Shown here piece by piece: positions 45,599-57,243 of a stretch of 64,000 bases of DNA. The DNA comes from an uncultured Anaerolineae bacterium (GTDB lineage: Bacteria > Chloroflexota > Anaerolineae > Aggregatilineales > Ch27). The stretch lies in NCBI GenBank assembly GCA_964529715.1, contig CAZGXI010000023.1:130-64129 (forward strand), in the 5' to 3' direction. How positions within the stretch are numbered: the first letter of the stretch is position 1; each line of letters starts with the position of its first letter. The position numbers and the translations under genes are program-made. The notes under the pieces were generated by a model. It saw only the letters and a list, made by a program, of their open reading frames with translations. It did not search any database and had not been told where the DNA came from.

Positions 45599-47608
45599 TT
45601 ATCCTTCGTCGATCTGCGCCGGGGTGGATTCTCCGGCGGGTGCGCCGGCCTGAATCCACGCGCGCAGCAGGTCCATCTGGTCGTCTGTCAGCCGGGCGAA
45701 GTGCCCCTGGCCCAGAATCTCGACGATCCGGCTGCGCTCCGGCGCCTCCGGCACGATCACGGGGCCGCTGGTGCTGCCGGCCATCAGGGCGTCATAAGTG
45801 GTTATGTTGAGGCCCCGGCTGGCCGTCGTGGGGCCGTGACACCTGCCGCAAGCGTCTTGTAGGATCGGCTGAAGCGTCTGATAGGTGAGGGCGGGTGGCG
45901 GCGCTGCTTCGCCGACAGGCGCACCTGCTGCGATCCACTGGCGTAGCGTGTCCAGTTCTTCGTCGCTGAAGCGCGCGAAGTGTCCCTCGGAGAGCACCTG
46001 GACGATCCGGCTTTCGTCCGGCGATCCGGCCACGATCACGGGGCCGCTTGAGCTGCCCGCCATCAGGCTATCGTAATCGGTCACACGCAGCCCGCGCGTT
46101 GGGTTGTCGCCGTGACAGCCACCGCAACGGCTTTCAAACAACGGTTGGAGCGTCTGGTAGGTGAGAGCCTGTCCGGTAGTTTCGGCGGGCGGCGCAGCGG
46201 GTCCCTCTTCTGGCATAGTGGCCTCTTCGGCGGGCGGTGCTTCCTGCAGGCCGAGTTGAATCGCCAGCGTGGGCGCGTCGAAGCCGCCGAAGCGCCAATC
46301 TACCCCATGGCACATGCTGTTGGAACAAAAGCTGCTGTCGTCTGTGCCGCCGGGATTGTTCACCGTGTGACAGTTGGCGCAGGTCTGGTCGAATTCGTTA
46401 TGGTGGCGGCTGATCCAGGTCGAGTCCAGATGCGACTCAGGCTCGATGCCGGTTGCCAGCAGCAGCGTCGGCTCAATATCGCCCGGACGCACGACGACCG
46501 GGATGGAGTGACAGAGATTGCATTCCAGCCGGACGGCTTCCCCTTCGGCGCTGAAGTGCTGGCCATCGTGGCAGCGGAAGCAGCCGGGCCAATCGCGGTG
46601 CCCGACGTTGTTGGGGTGGGTCTGCCAGTCTAACTCTTGCGCCGGGTAGGTGTTTTGCGCGTAAGTTTCCCGAAGGGCAGTGATGGCATCGCCGACCTGT
46701 CCCTCATTTTCGGCGTAGAACGTGGGGAACTGGATGCGGTAGTAGGCTTCCAGTTCGGCAAACAGCGGTTCGGGGTCTTCGACTGAGGCATTGGCGCGCG
46801 TCAGCAGGTCTACGGCGCGTGCACGGATGAACGGGATGTCGGTCGAAATCTGCCCACGCAGCAGCAGCGAGTCGACTAAGTTGCGAGGGTTGTCCAGCAG
46901 ATGTGAGATGCGGTTGTGGCAGGTGATGCAATCCATCGTCTGGAGGGTGTACTGATCCAGGTTTTGAGTGTCTATTGTCGCGTTCTCGGCGACGTATTCA
47001 ATGGTCTGGCCGTCTGCCGTGTTGACGCGAATCCAGGGAATGTCCTGTTGCAGGGTGTCAGTGGCGATGAACTCGATAGCGTTTTCCACGTGCCAGTGAA
47101 TACCGCGTCCTAGTCCTTCGCGCTGGCTGCCGCCACCGGTGTGCATCAGCAGATAAACGTCGTAGCGTTCGTTGCGTTCACTCTCGGAAAAATGATTCAG
47201 CACGCGCAGGCTGTCATCGGAGAACTTCTCCGGAAAATGGCATAGTTCGCAGGTTTCGCGCGCCGGGCGCATGGAACTGACCATGATGGGATATTCGTAG
47301 TGGCCGGTGATGGTGTCGAACAGCAGGCGCATATGGCTGGTCTTGCGCACGAATTGCTCGATCAGTAGCCCTCGCCCGATGTGGCAGTCTACACACAGCA
47401 CGCGCGCATGGGGCGACACGCGGTAGGTGTTGTATTCTGGCGGCATGGTGTGGCAGGTGGAACCGCAAAAGTCCGGCGAGTTGCTGTATTCCCAGACGGG
47501 TGGGATGATCAGCAGCAGGGCGATAAATCCCACGACCACACCGCCAAAAAGGAGCGCCCGGCGGCGCGGACTCTGAGGCAGACGGAACATCTTACGGAGG
47601 CGGTTCAT
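45599..47608 (-). CDS. Membrane-anchored NapC/NirT-type multiheme cytochrome c with two C-terminal monoheme domains
   Basis: TM anchor, 8 CxxCH motifs (CVDCH, CELCH, CITCH, CFRCH, CNLCH, CANCH, CGGCH, CGRCH) plus CGSTCH and CSNSMCH. Confidence 0.92.
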   Translation of the reverse strand: MNRLRKMFRLPQSPRRRALLFGGVVVGFIALLLIIPPVWEYSNSPDFCGSTCHTMPPEYNTYRVSPHARVLCVDCHIGRGLLIEQFVRKTSHMRLLFDTITGHYEYPIMVSSMRPARETCELCHFPEKFSDDSLRVLNHFSESERNERYDVYLLMHTGGGSQREGLGRGIHWHVENAIEFIATDTLQQDIPWIRVNTADGQTIEYVAENATIDTQNLDQYTLQTMDCITCHNRISHLLDNPRNLVDSLLLRGQISTDIPFIRARAVDLLTRANASVEDPEPLFAELEAYYRIQFPTFYAENEGQVGDAITALRETYAQNTYPAQELDWQTHPNNVGHRDWPGCFRCHDGQHFSAEGEAVRLECNLCHSIPVVVRPGDIEPTLLLATGIEPESHLDSTWISRHHNEFDQTCANCHTVNNPGGTDDSSFCSNSMCHGVDWRFGGFDAPTLAIQLGLQEAPPAEEATMPEEGPAAPPAETTGQALTYQTLQPLFESRCGGCHGDNPTRGLRVTDYDSLMAGSSSGPVIVAGSPDESRIVQVLSEGHFARFSDEELDTLRQWIAAGAPVGEAAPPPALTYQTLQPILQDACGRCHGPTTASRGLNITTYDALMAGSTSGPVIVPEAPERSRIVEILGQGHFARLTDDQMDLLRAWIQAGAPAGESTPAQIDEG

Positions 47609-47774
47609 CGGCTTATCTCCCGGCTCACCGACGCAGCCGCCGCGCCAAATGCCCGGCGGTTGTTGTGTGTAAACATCGTCTACCTGACTGATGCAGGAAC
47701 AGAACACCCGCAGACATGGTGGCCTGCGGGTGTATCTGATCCAGAGGCCGGGCTGACGCCCGGTCTCCTGAATG

Positions 47775-49655
47775 CTATTCCCTGGGCGGGATGATGGTCG
47801 CGCCCGGAACAGGCTCGCCGGTCAGTCGCTCATAGCTGAGTTGCAGCAGCGACACGACGTAGCGCAGGTTGTGGATCGCCGACGATTCGACATCCGCCGT
47901 GAACTTGAAGTTGTAGACGGCGCCCTTCAGGTCCACACTGGGATTTTCCGGCAGTTGGAAGTAGGGATAGTGATCGAGCACGACCACGCCCTGGGCTTCG
48001 AGCGCGCTCTGGAGTACCGCGCGCAACCCGGCCACCTCGTCCTGGTTGGACTCGATGGCGCCGTCGCCGTCGTAGTCACGGCGGGCCTCGAAGGCAAAGC
48101 TCTCGGCGGCGTCGTGGCACTGCTGGCAGACGGCGACGTTTTCGGTCCCGTCTACCGGGCTGATCATGGCGAAGGTATGCTCGCCGACCGTCTCATGGCC
48201 GGGCAGCGGGTTTCCGTTGGCGTCCATACCGGGTGTTGGGGCCATGTGGCAGCCGATGCAGCTGTCTTCGACGACACGCCCGTGTGTACTGGTGGGCAGG
48301 GTCATTCCCCAGGTGTAGCCGCCGGTGGCGTTCATCAGTTCCGCCGCCGTCGAGTAGTGCGGCGTGCGGAGCGTTTCGCCTTCGACGGCAGCCACCGGTG
48401 CGGTGCGGGCGTTGTGGCAGCTCATACAGGTGGCCGCCGGCCCGGCGCCCGCGACTTCGATGCCGCCCGGCAGCAGCACGGAGTCAAACGTGCGGAGCTG
48501 GTTGGGGTTGGCGGCGTTGTGCGGGTCGTGGCAGACGGCGCAGGTGATAACCTGGTAGTTCGTCCGCGATTCTTCCGGCGGGATGCCCTGCGTGAAGTCG
48601 ATGTACCCGGCGCCGCTGTGGCAGCGCACGCAGTCGGTCTCTTCCGGCCCGATGGGATAGGTGAAGGCGCGGGCGTTCGCGGCGGCGTGTGCGCTGAGTT
48701 CCCATTGCTGCGGGAAGGTGTGGTACGGCTCTTCGGCGTGGCACTGGGCGCACGTGCCGTAGGCCAGCCCGCGGCCAATTGGCCCGGCCTGGCTGACGGC
48801 GCTTTCTTCTTCGTCATCCCCGCCTGCCGCTGCCGTCTGGTGAGCACCGCCCGGACCGTGACAGCTTTCGCACTGGATGTTCGCCAGGGCCGCAACCTGC
48901 GGGAACTCCGCCACCATCGCGTCCCAGTTGCCCGGTTGCAACACTTCTGGGAAGGTCCAGCCCGCTTCGGCGGCCACGTCGTCGAAGCCGCCGTTGACGG
49001 CTTCAGGCCGGTTATTGAACCCGGTGGTGTGGCACGTGATGCACTCGGCGCTGTAGTGATTGCTTACCAGGCCGTCGATGGCGCGCGTGAACATGGTCGC
49101 GTGGCCAGTGGCAGCCCAGGCGGCTGCCGTTTCTTCGTGGCAGCTTGAGCACTGGGGCGCTTCTGCTTCACCCGCGATGCCGCCCACGCCGACGTAGGTG
49201 GTGGCCGTGACGACCCACTCGGTTGTGGCAGTGTTCCCGGCCTCGTCCGTGGCGGTCAGGGTCAGCACATACTGCCCTTCCACGTCTGCCAGCCAGTGAG
49301 CAACCGTCTCGCCGCCCAGTTCGGCGGCGGAACCTGCCGGCACGGTCAGGTTCCAGGTGAAGGTAAACCCTTCGACGAGCGCCGCCGGCTCCTGGAAGTC
49401 CTCGATGTTCTCGACCATCATGTTGGGGTAGATGCCGTAGGGCAGGATGATCGCCTGCACGGGTTGTGTGGCGGGGTCCTGGCCTGCCGGGATCGCGTAG
49501 GCTTGTGCCGCGACGTAGGTTCCAATCCCGACGACGTTGGACGCCGTCGTGACAATCGGCATCTGCGGAATTTGCTCCTGGCCTGCCGCCCCCCACGCGG
49601 CCAGTGCCAGCAACAGCAACATACCACCGACAGCAAAAAGCGATTTATGCGACAT
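47775..49655 (-). CDS. Secreted nonaheme cytochrome c with an N-terminal PKD-like domain
   Basis: Signal peptide (AAG|QE), FTWNL...GQYVLTLTATD, 9 CxxCH motifs, C-terminal YNFKF...IHN.RY..SLL helix motif. Confidence 0.92.
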   Translation of the reverse strand: MSHKSLFAVGGMLLLLALAAWGAAGQEQIPQMPIVTTASNVVGIGTYVAAQAYAIPAGQDPATQPVQAIILPYGIYPNMMVENIEDFQEPAALVEGFTFTWNLTVPAGSAAELGGETVAHWLADVEGQYVLTLTATDEAGNTATTEWVVTATTYVGVGGIAGEAEAPQCSSCHEETAAAWAATGHATMFTRAIDGLVSNHYSAECITCHTTGFNNRPEAVNGGFDDVAAEAGWTFPEVLQPGNWDAMVAEFPQVAALANIQCESCHGPGGAHQTAAAGGDDEEESAVSQAGPIGRGLAYGTCAQCHAEEPYHTFPQQWELSAHAAANARAFTYPIGPEETDCVRCHSGAGYIDFTQGIPPEESRTNYQVITCAVCHDPHNAANPNQLRTFDSVLLPGGIEVAGAGPAATCMSCHNARTAPVAAVEGETLRTPHYSTAAELMNATGGYTWGMTLPTSTHGRVVEDSCIGCHMAPTPGMDANGNPLPGHETVGEHTFAMISPVDGTENVAVCQQCHDAAESFAFEARRDYDGDGAIESNQDEVAGLRAVLQSALEAQGVVVLDHYPYFQLPENPSVDLKGAVYNFKFTADVESSAIHNLRYVVSLLQLSYERLTGEPVPGATIIPPRE

Positions 49656-49744
49656 AGGCGCGTCCTCCCAGAACGATGGGGCTATGTCTGTACAGATGAC
49701 CGATGACCAGTTGACCGGGCATTGACCTCCTTTTCTCTCTGGAT

Positions 49745-49761
49745 ATGGGAATTATTCCCAT
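49745..49761. promoter_or_regulatory. Inverted repeat (candidate operator) upstream of the cytochrome genes
   Basis: ATGGGAA-TTA-TTCCCAT within an AT-rich intergenic region. Confidence 0.45.
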
Positions 49762-49958
49762 CACACAGGTCCTTTTCTGATTATAAAATGAGAATCCGGT
49801 GAGAGGCAAGCGTTTCATCGGGCCAATATCGGTGACATTTGTCCTGCATATGGCCTGACAAACCTCTTGCGGTTGGCAGCAGAGATGACGACAGGATTGT
49901 AGGATGTGGGAAAAATTCTCATGCGGCGCGACAGAGTCGCTGCCGCCCAGAGAGGGCT

Positions 49959-50714
49959 TCACGGCAGTGGGGCAGCCTGGCGCAGGGTGAAATCGACGAT
50001 CAGGGCATCCTGGGCGGCTTCCACCGCCAGCACGTCGATCTGCTCGCGCGGCCCGTATTCTCCCAGGCCGGTATTCAGGGCTGCGTTGACCATCGGGATT
50101 AGCGTTTCGTTGACGGCTTCGAGCGCCGGGCCGGGCGGGGAAATGCCGCCGATGGAAGCACTGGTCACGCTGACGGCGACCTGCCCATTCTGCACTGCCA
50201 GTTGCGCGGTGGCATTGACGCGCAGGATCAGGCCGAGCATGTGCAGGTCGGCGGTCAGAGTTGCGCCACCGGGGAGCAGGTCCAGGTGGACGTTGCTGGC
50301 GTTGGGTACTTCTGCCAGGAAGGGTGTGATCAGCGCATTGACTTCGGCCTCGCTGAAGGTCACGCGCGGCGTGATGCCGCTGCTGTCGAACGGCACGATC
50401 AGGTCGCCCAGGGCGTCGGTGTGGGCAGTGGCATAGGCGTCGGCGGTTTGCCGGATGTCGCTCAGGCGCAGGGTGGGGCTGGGCGTCAGAGAAGGTGTGG
50501 AAGACGGCGTTTGGAACGGGGGCAGCGTACTGAAAATCGCTGCCGCTGTCGGCGACAGGATGGTCGGCGTGGATGTGGGGAAAAAGGCGGCTAGCAGGGA
50601 GGACAAGGAGATCGTGTTGCTCCCTGATCCGAACCCGACGATGGCGCAGATGAGGGCAGCGGCAACCAGCAGCAGAAAGATCAGACCGAGCAGGACAGAG
50701 CGTCGCATAAGCAC
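49959..50714 (-). CDS. Membrane-anchored hypothetical protein with Ser/Thr/Pro linker
   Basis: N-terminal TM, SPTPT linker, VTFSEAEVN...beta-rich domain (DUF2993/LmeA-like, tentative). Confidence 0.75.
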   Translation of the reverse strand: MLMRRSVLLGLIFLLLVAAALICAIVGFGSGSNTISLSSLLAAFFPTSTPTILSPTAAAIFSTLPPFQTPSSTPSLTPSPTLRLSDIRQTADAYATAHTDALGDLIVPFDSSGITPRVTFSEAEVNALITPFLAEVPNASNVHLDLLPGGATLTADLHMLGLILRVNATAQLAVQNGQVAVSVTSASIGGISPPGPALEAVNETLIPMVNAALNTGLGEYGPREQIDVLAVEAAQDALIVDFTLRQAAPLP

Positions 50715-50794
50715 CTCCTTGTATCGCTACTCTGTACGCGCGGTGGGGAAAAGAGTTTTAATTCCGCTGCCCGGCCCGGTGTGTCGCTGAAGAA

Positions 50795-52813
<2,019 letters not shown>

Positions 52814-52898
52814 GGCGGTGCGCTCCTTGGTAAAACAGGGAGACGGTTGGGTGTAGGGACTCGAACGATCCGGAGTCTAACACAGGACCAGGGAGGGG

Positions 52899-52933
52899 AA
52901 AACTGTAGCGGCGGAAATCGCCCGCCGCTACAG
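52899..52933 (+). repeat. REP-like hairpin, GTAGCGGCGG family
   Basis: CTGTAGCGGCGG-AAATCG-CCCGCCGCTACAG. Confidence 0.8.
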
Positions 52934-52944
52934 GGTGTTCAGGT

Positions 52945-53868
52945 CTACAGGGTCGGCGTCTGGGGGGGCGGGAGCGGGTCGGCGGTGGGTTCGGCCTGCG
53001 ACACGCCGCCAGGTTCGGCGACCGGTTCGGCTTGCGGAGGGGTGTCGGGGAAGTGCACGGTCTCGTGCTCTTCGTCTTCGGCCAGAGCGGGTTCCTCCTC
53101 CATGCCGATGCCATCCAGGGTGCTGAGTAGCACTTCGACCGAGGGGCGAATCTCCGGCGGCTCAACCACATCTTTGCTGCTGAGCGGATCGGATGGGCGG
53201 CGTCCGGCGGCGTAGATGAAGAACGCCATCTCGCAGAACTCCGCCGAGCTTTGCAGGTGTAATTTGCTGGCATTGAGGGTAATAAAATCGGCGGCAGTGC
53301 GCAGTTCAAAGGCCGTATCCTGGGAGCGCCAGTTATCGCCCAGCTTTTCGATCAAGGCGTCGAGATCGGCAGGACAGTCGCCATGACGGCCATAGCGCAC
53401 ACGGAACCACACACCGTTGCCGGTGCTTTCTGTAACCAGGTGCACGTTCGGCCCCAGCGTGTAGGCAGCGGAATACAGCAGCAGCACGGCCTCCTGCACG
53501 GTTTCGCGGTTGGCTTCCAGCGGCAGGTTTTCAGGCGCACGGATGGTGGTGGTCAACTGCAATTGCTGAGATAGCCAGTCCAGCAGGTCCTGCACATAAA
53601 AGAAGCGGATGTGCTGGTGAGGCAGCAATTCGCCCAATTTGAAGCGCATCAGCGCGTGCCAGCCGTTGACGAGATTCAACACGCCGAGCACTTCGGTAGA
53701 GGCGCGGGCCTGCCAATAAGCGCGCGGGCGTTCGGCGGCGCTGTCCAGTTCTACCAGGCTGATGGCGGCCAGGGCTGCGTTTAGCGGCTCGATGATGCGC
53801 CGCATCAGCAGGAATTCAAGCTGGCTAAGGGATTCCCAATCCGGTTCACGGGCCATTGCGGTTTTCAA
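52945..53868 (-). CDS. Degenerate histidine kinase-like protein (pseudokinase)
   Basis: RRIIEPLNAALAAISL resembles an H-box without His. VQEAVLLLYSAAY resembles an N-box without Asn. G boxes are lost. Acidic Pro-rich tail. Confidence 0.65.
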   Translation of the reverse strand: MKTAMAREPDWESLSQLEFLLMRRIIEPLNAALAAISLVELDSAAERPRAYWQARASTEVLGVLNLVNGWHALMRFKLGELLPHQHIRFFYVQDLLDWLSQQLQLTTTIRAPENLPLEANRETVQEAVLLLYSAAYTLGPNVHLVTESTGNGVWFRVRYGRHGDCPADLDALIEKLGDNWRSQDTAFELRTAADFITLNASKLHLQSSAEFCEMAFFIYAAGRRPSDPLSSKDVVEPPEIRPSVEVLLSTLDGIGMEEEPALAEDEEHETVHFPDTPPQAEPVAEPGGVSQAEPTADPLPPPQTPTL

Positions 53869-53974
53869 ACCAGGGACTAACCTGGCCCTTTCAAACGATG
53901 CGGGACCACCACGTCAGGGGTCCCGTCATCGTTTTGCTGAATGCAGCTAGCCGCGATACAGGTGAAAGGCCCGG

Positions 53975-54337
53975 CTAGGCGACCTCAATTTCGGCAAGCG
54001 GTACGTAAACGTTGATCGGCGTGGCATCCAGCAGGTAGCGGCGGATGTCGCTCAACGCCTGATCGTAGATGTCCAGCAGATCGCGGTCTGGCCCTTTGTA
54101 GCGGCGCAGCGTCTGGGCGGCGCATTGGAAACAGCCGCGCATGGCCCGGTAACTGTCGGTTTCGCAGGCCATACAACCGTTCAGCCGAATCATCATCAGG
54201 CAGAAAGCGAGCACTTCTTCATGGGACTCAGGCAGAGATAGCACGCGGTCGATCAACGCTCGCCACTCCGGGCCGCGCATCTGACGGAGCTGGGGAGTGA
54301 CGTAGTGAGGATACATAAGCTCGTTTTTGGTGTACAT
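53975..54337 (-). CDS. Small conserved-looking protein with two CxxC motifs
   Basis: MYTKNELMYP start, FC...CMAC...CFQC. Confidence 0.75.
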   Translation of the reverse strand: MYTKNELMYPHYVTPQLRQMRGPEWRALIDRVLSLPESHEEVLAFCLMMIRLNGCMACETDSYRAMRGCFQCAAQTLRRYKGPDRDLLDIYDQALSDIRRYLLDATPINVYVPLAEIEVA

Positions 54338-54601
54338 GACGGCCCATTCCTTTGCGGGGCAGAGCAGTAAATCTGTGTATCGGGCGACTGTGTTAAGTTG
54401 TGTCACATCCCGTCGCTTATCATTAGCATAGGGTGGGTCGAGTTGAGCCGATATAGCGCCATAGTACTGTTGAGCGTTAGAGTGTGGTATGCTTTGCCGT
54501 CCGTTGCAGCGCGGAAAGAAAATGCCGACTTGTGGCAAACAACCAGGGGGCAGGCTAATACATGCCTGACCCCTGCAACGTTATGCGATATAAAGGATGT
54601 G

Positions 54602-55645
54602 TCAGCGTGTGCTGGTGACTTTGGTCAGTGTGCGAGGATGATCCACGTCATAGCCCTTCGCCAGGCTCAACCCCAGCGCGAAAAGCTGCCCCGGCACGAC
54701 AGACACGACCGGCGAGAGCCATTCGGGGATGCCTTCGGGGATGATCAACGGCGTGCGGGCCAGTTCCAGGGCAGCCTGAGCGTCGCTGATGACGATCAGT
54801 TCGGCCTGCCGCGTGCGCAGGTCGTGTGCCAGGGCCAGCATGTCGTCTAACACGCGCCCGCTCGGCGCGATCAGCAGCACCGGGAAGCCTGCTTCCACCT
54901 GGGCAATCGGGCCGTGCCGGAAGTCTGCCGAACTGTAGGGCGTAGCGGTGATGTAGGTCAGTTCCTTGAGCTTGAGCGCCAGTTCAAACGCAGTGGCGTA
55001 GTTATAGCCGCGACCGAGCGTGACGCAATAGAGCATGTAGCGATAGCGCTCTGCCAGCGCCGGAACGCGCGTACTGAGTCGGAGGGTGTGTTCCACCCAG
55101 CCCGGCAGCTGATGGAGTTCGTCCAGCAGTTCGGGGCGGCCCGACAGGGCGGCTGTCAGCAGCGCGAAAGCGGCCATTTGTGCGGTGAACGTCTTGGTGG
55201 CGGCCAGGCTGCGTTCCTCGCCGGCGTCGAGCGGGATGCAGTGCGCCGCTGCCTCTGCCAGCGGCGAGGCCGGGTCGTTGGTGATCGCCAGCGTCAGTGC
55301 CCCTTGCTCCCGTGCCTGCCGGACCACCTCGCGCACGTCCTCGCCTTTGCCGCTCTGCGATACACCGATCACCAGAGCGTCGCGCACGTCGGGCATCCTG
55401 CCGTAGTAGGTCACAACCGACGGCGCGGCCAGTGCCACCGGCAGCCCGACCAGTGATTCCAGCAGATATTTGCCGTACACTGCCGCATTATCCGACGAGC
55501 CGCGTGCGGCGATAAGCACGAAGCGCAGCCCGGTCTGCCGAATGGTCGCTGCCAGGGCTTCTACGCGCTTGCCCTGTACCTCGATCAGGTGCGCCAGCAC
55601 ATCCGGCTGCTGATGGATTTCCTGTTCCAGAATAGTCTGGGGCAT
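54602..55645 (-). CDS. SIS-domain protein (GlmS C-terminal-like; glucosamine-6-phosphate deaminase/isomerase)
   Basis: EIHQQP, ARGSSDNA, GVSQSG, EERSLAATKTF, ELALKLKE, DFRHGP. Confidence 0.9.
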   Translation of the reverse strand: MPQTILEQEIHQQPDVLAHLIEVQGKRVEALAATIRQTGLRFVLIAARGSSDNAAVYGKYLLESLVGLPVALAAPSVVTYYGRMPDVRDALVIGVSQSGKGEDVREVVRQAREQGALTLAITNDPASPLAEAAAHCIPLDAGEERSLAATKTFTAQMAAFALLTAALSGRPELLDELHQLPGWVEHTLRLSTRVPALAERYRYMLYCVTLGRGYNYATAFELALKLKELTYITATPYSSADFRHGPIAQVEAGFPVLLIAPSGRVLDDMLALAHDLRTRQAELIVISDAQAALELARTPLIIPEGIPEWLSPVVSVVPGQLFALGLSLAKGYDVDHPRTLTKVTSTR

Positions 55646-55674
55646 AACCCACTCACTTTCGTTTGAACAACGCC

Positions 55675-56022
55675 TCACCGCCGCGCAGAGCGCACGCCTT
55701 CGTCCTGGCGCGATAGCAGTAGCGTCTCCAGTTCCACGATCTCGTCCTCGTCCAGGGACTCGATCAACCGCTCGACCCGACGCGGATCAAGCCGCTTGGC
55801 CTTGCCGACATCCTGCTGCTCCACTTGCACCGTTCCTCCACTGGCCCGCACCCACACGGCCCAGGTTGAGGCGGCAGCCGTCAGCGCCAGCGTAATCACG
55901 ATGATGGTGGCATTGCTGCCTCCAATATAGGACATATCTGCCAGGGTGAGAAAGACACCCAGAATAACCATGAGCGCAGTCCAGATGGCAATGGTCGCCC
56001 ACAGCCGTGGCCAGGCCTGCAT
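55675..56022 (-). CDS. Small two-TM membrane protein
   Basis: Two hydrophobic helices followed by a charged helical tail (KAKR...LDEDEIVELETLL). Confidence 0.7.
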   Translation of the reverse strand: MQAWPRLWATIAIWTALMVILGVFLTLADMSYIGGSNATIIVITLALTAAASTWAVWVRASGGTVQVEQQDVGKAKRLDPRRVERLIESLDEDEIVELETLLLSRQDEGVRSARR

Positions 56023-56364
56023 TGCTGCCTCCTTAATAAAACTGACGTGGCATCCGGCATCCGGCGACGATCAAAGCGTCGCAATGCCAGGCTGTAACCT
56101 CGTCCTGGCGCGCCAGGGGCAACGTCTCCAGTTTCACGTTGTTCATGATTGCTTCCAGCGTTAAACGTATCTGGCCTATCCGGTTTCTACGTTTGCCGGG
56201 CGCGAAAGTTTCGCCGTCCCGTATGCTACCCCGTTCCGGGCAGGACGGGCAACCACCCGCTGCAAACCGACAGGCAGGTCAAGCGATGCTTGTGATTCTC
56301 CGGTTTACTTTTAAGGCAACAATACTACAATAAGGGAAAGGGCCGCACTGCGACTGCCCAGGAG

Positions 56365-57243
56365 ATGCCTTCGGTGGACACGCTGACCCAGGAACGACTC
56401 CGCGAGGCCCAACGCCTGATTCAGATCGGACGCCGCGACGAGGCGCTGGCGCTGTTGAAGTCGATCCTTGCTGCCGACCGGACGAACGTGTCTGCATGGT
56501 GGCTGGCTGCCCAGACTGCTCCCAACCGGCAGGAGACGCAGGTTGCCCTGCGTGTGGTGCTCAAGCTCCAGCCGGATCACGTGGGTGCGCGCGCTATGCT
56601 GGCCCGTCTGGAAGAAAAGGTGCAGCCCGCTGCCCCACCGCCTACACTGCCCTCCGTTGGGAGTGATCCGTTTGCGCCGCAGCCGTTTCCGGTGGGCGCG
56701 TCTCCGGTCCTGGGCGATGCACCGCTCAAGGCTGTGCGGCGTTCTGAGGGGCAGGGGTGTCGGCGGAATGCCATCACGCTGGTCATTGTCGTCCTTAGTC
56801 TGGCGATCATGGTCGGTGGGGGGCTGCTGCTCATCCTCAACCTTACCGGCAGCCCGTTGCTGGCGCGCTTCAACCTGCCGGGAGCGCCGTCGCGCGATGA
56901 CGCGACGCCCCATGTGATCGCGCCGGGCGCAGCAATCCAGGGGACGCTCGCCGCCGGGATGACTCAGGAATTCCAGTTTCAGGGCCGTGAAGGGGCAATC
57001 CTCATGGCAGCCATCCAGTTCCTTACCCTGCCTGCCGACACAGATTGTAGCGGGGCTATCGTCCTGATCGACCCGGACGGCTACAGGGTCGCTGTCAGCG
57101 GAGACACGAATTTTCTCGGTGCGACCGGCGGTTCTGTGCTGGAATACACGCTGGACATGACGGGCAACTGGCGGCTGCGCCTGATCGGACAGGAGGGGCA
57201 CAGCGTCGGGCTGTATATGCTGATGTTCGATCTGGCGGAATGA
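56365..57243 (+). CDS. TPR-TM-PPC-like membrane protein
   Basis: N-terminal TPR (AQRLIQIGRRDEALALL..AWW), TM helix, C-terminal GTL...FQG..G..L..D..L.DPDG (PPC-like). Confidence 0.75.
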   Translation: MPSVDTLTQERLREAQRLIQIGRRDEALALLKSILAADRTNVSAWWLAAQTAPNRQETQVALRVVLKLQPDHVGARAMLARLEEKVQPAAPPPTLPSVGSDPFAPQPFPVGASPVLGDAPLKAVRRSEGQGCRRNAITLVIVVLSLAIMVGGGLLLILNLTGSPLLARFNLPGAPSRDDATPHVIAPGAAIQGTLAAGMTQEFQFQGREGAILMAAIQFLTLPADTDCSGAIVLIDPDGYRVAVSGDTNFLGATGGSVLEYTLDMTGNWRLRLIGQEGHSVGLYMLMFDLAE

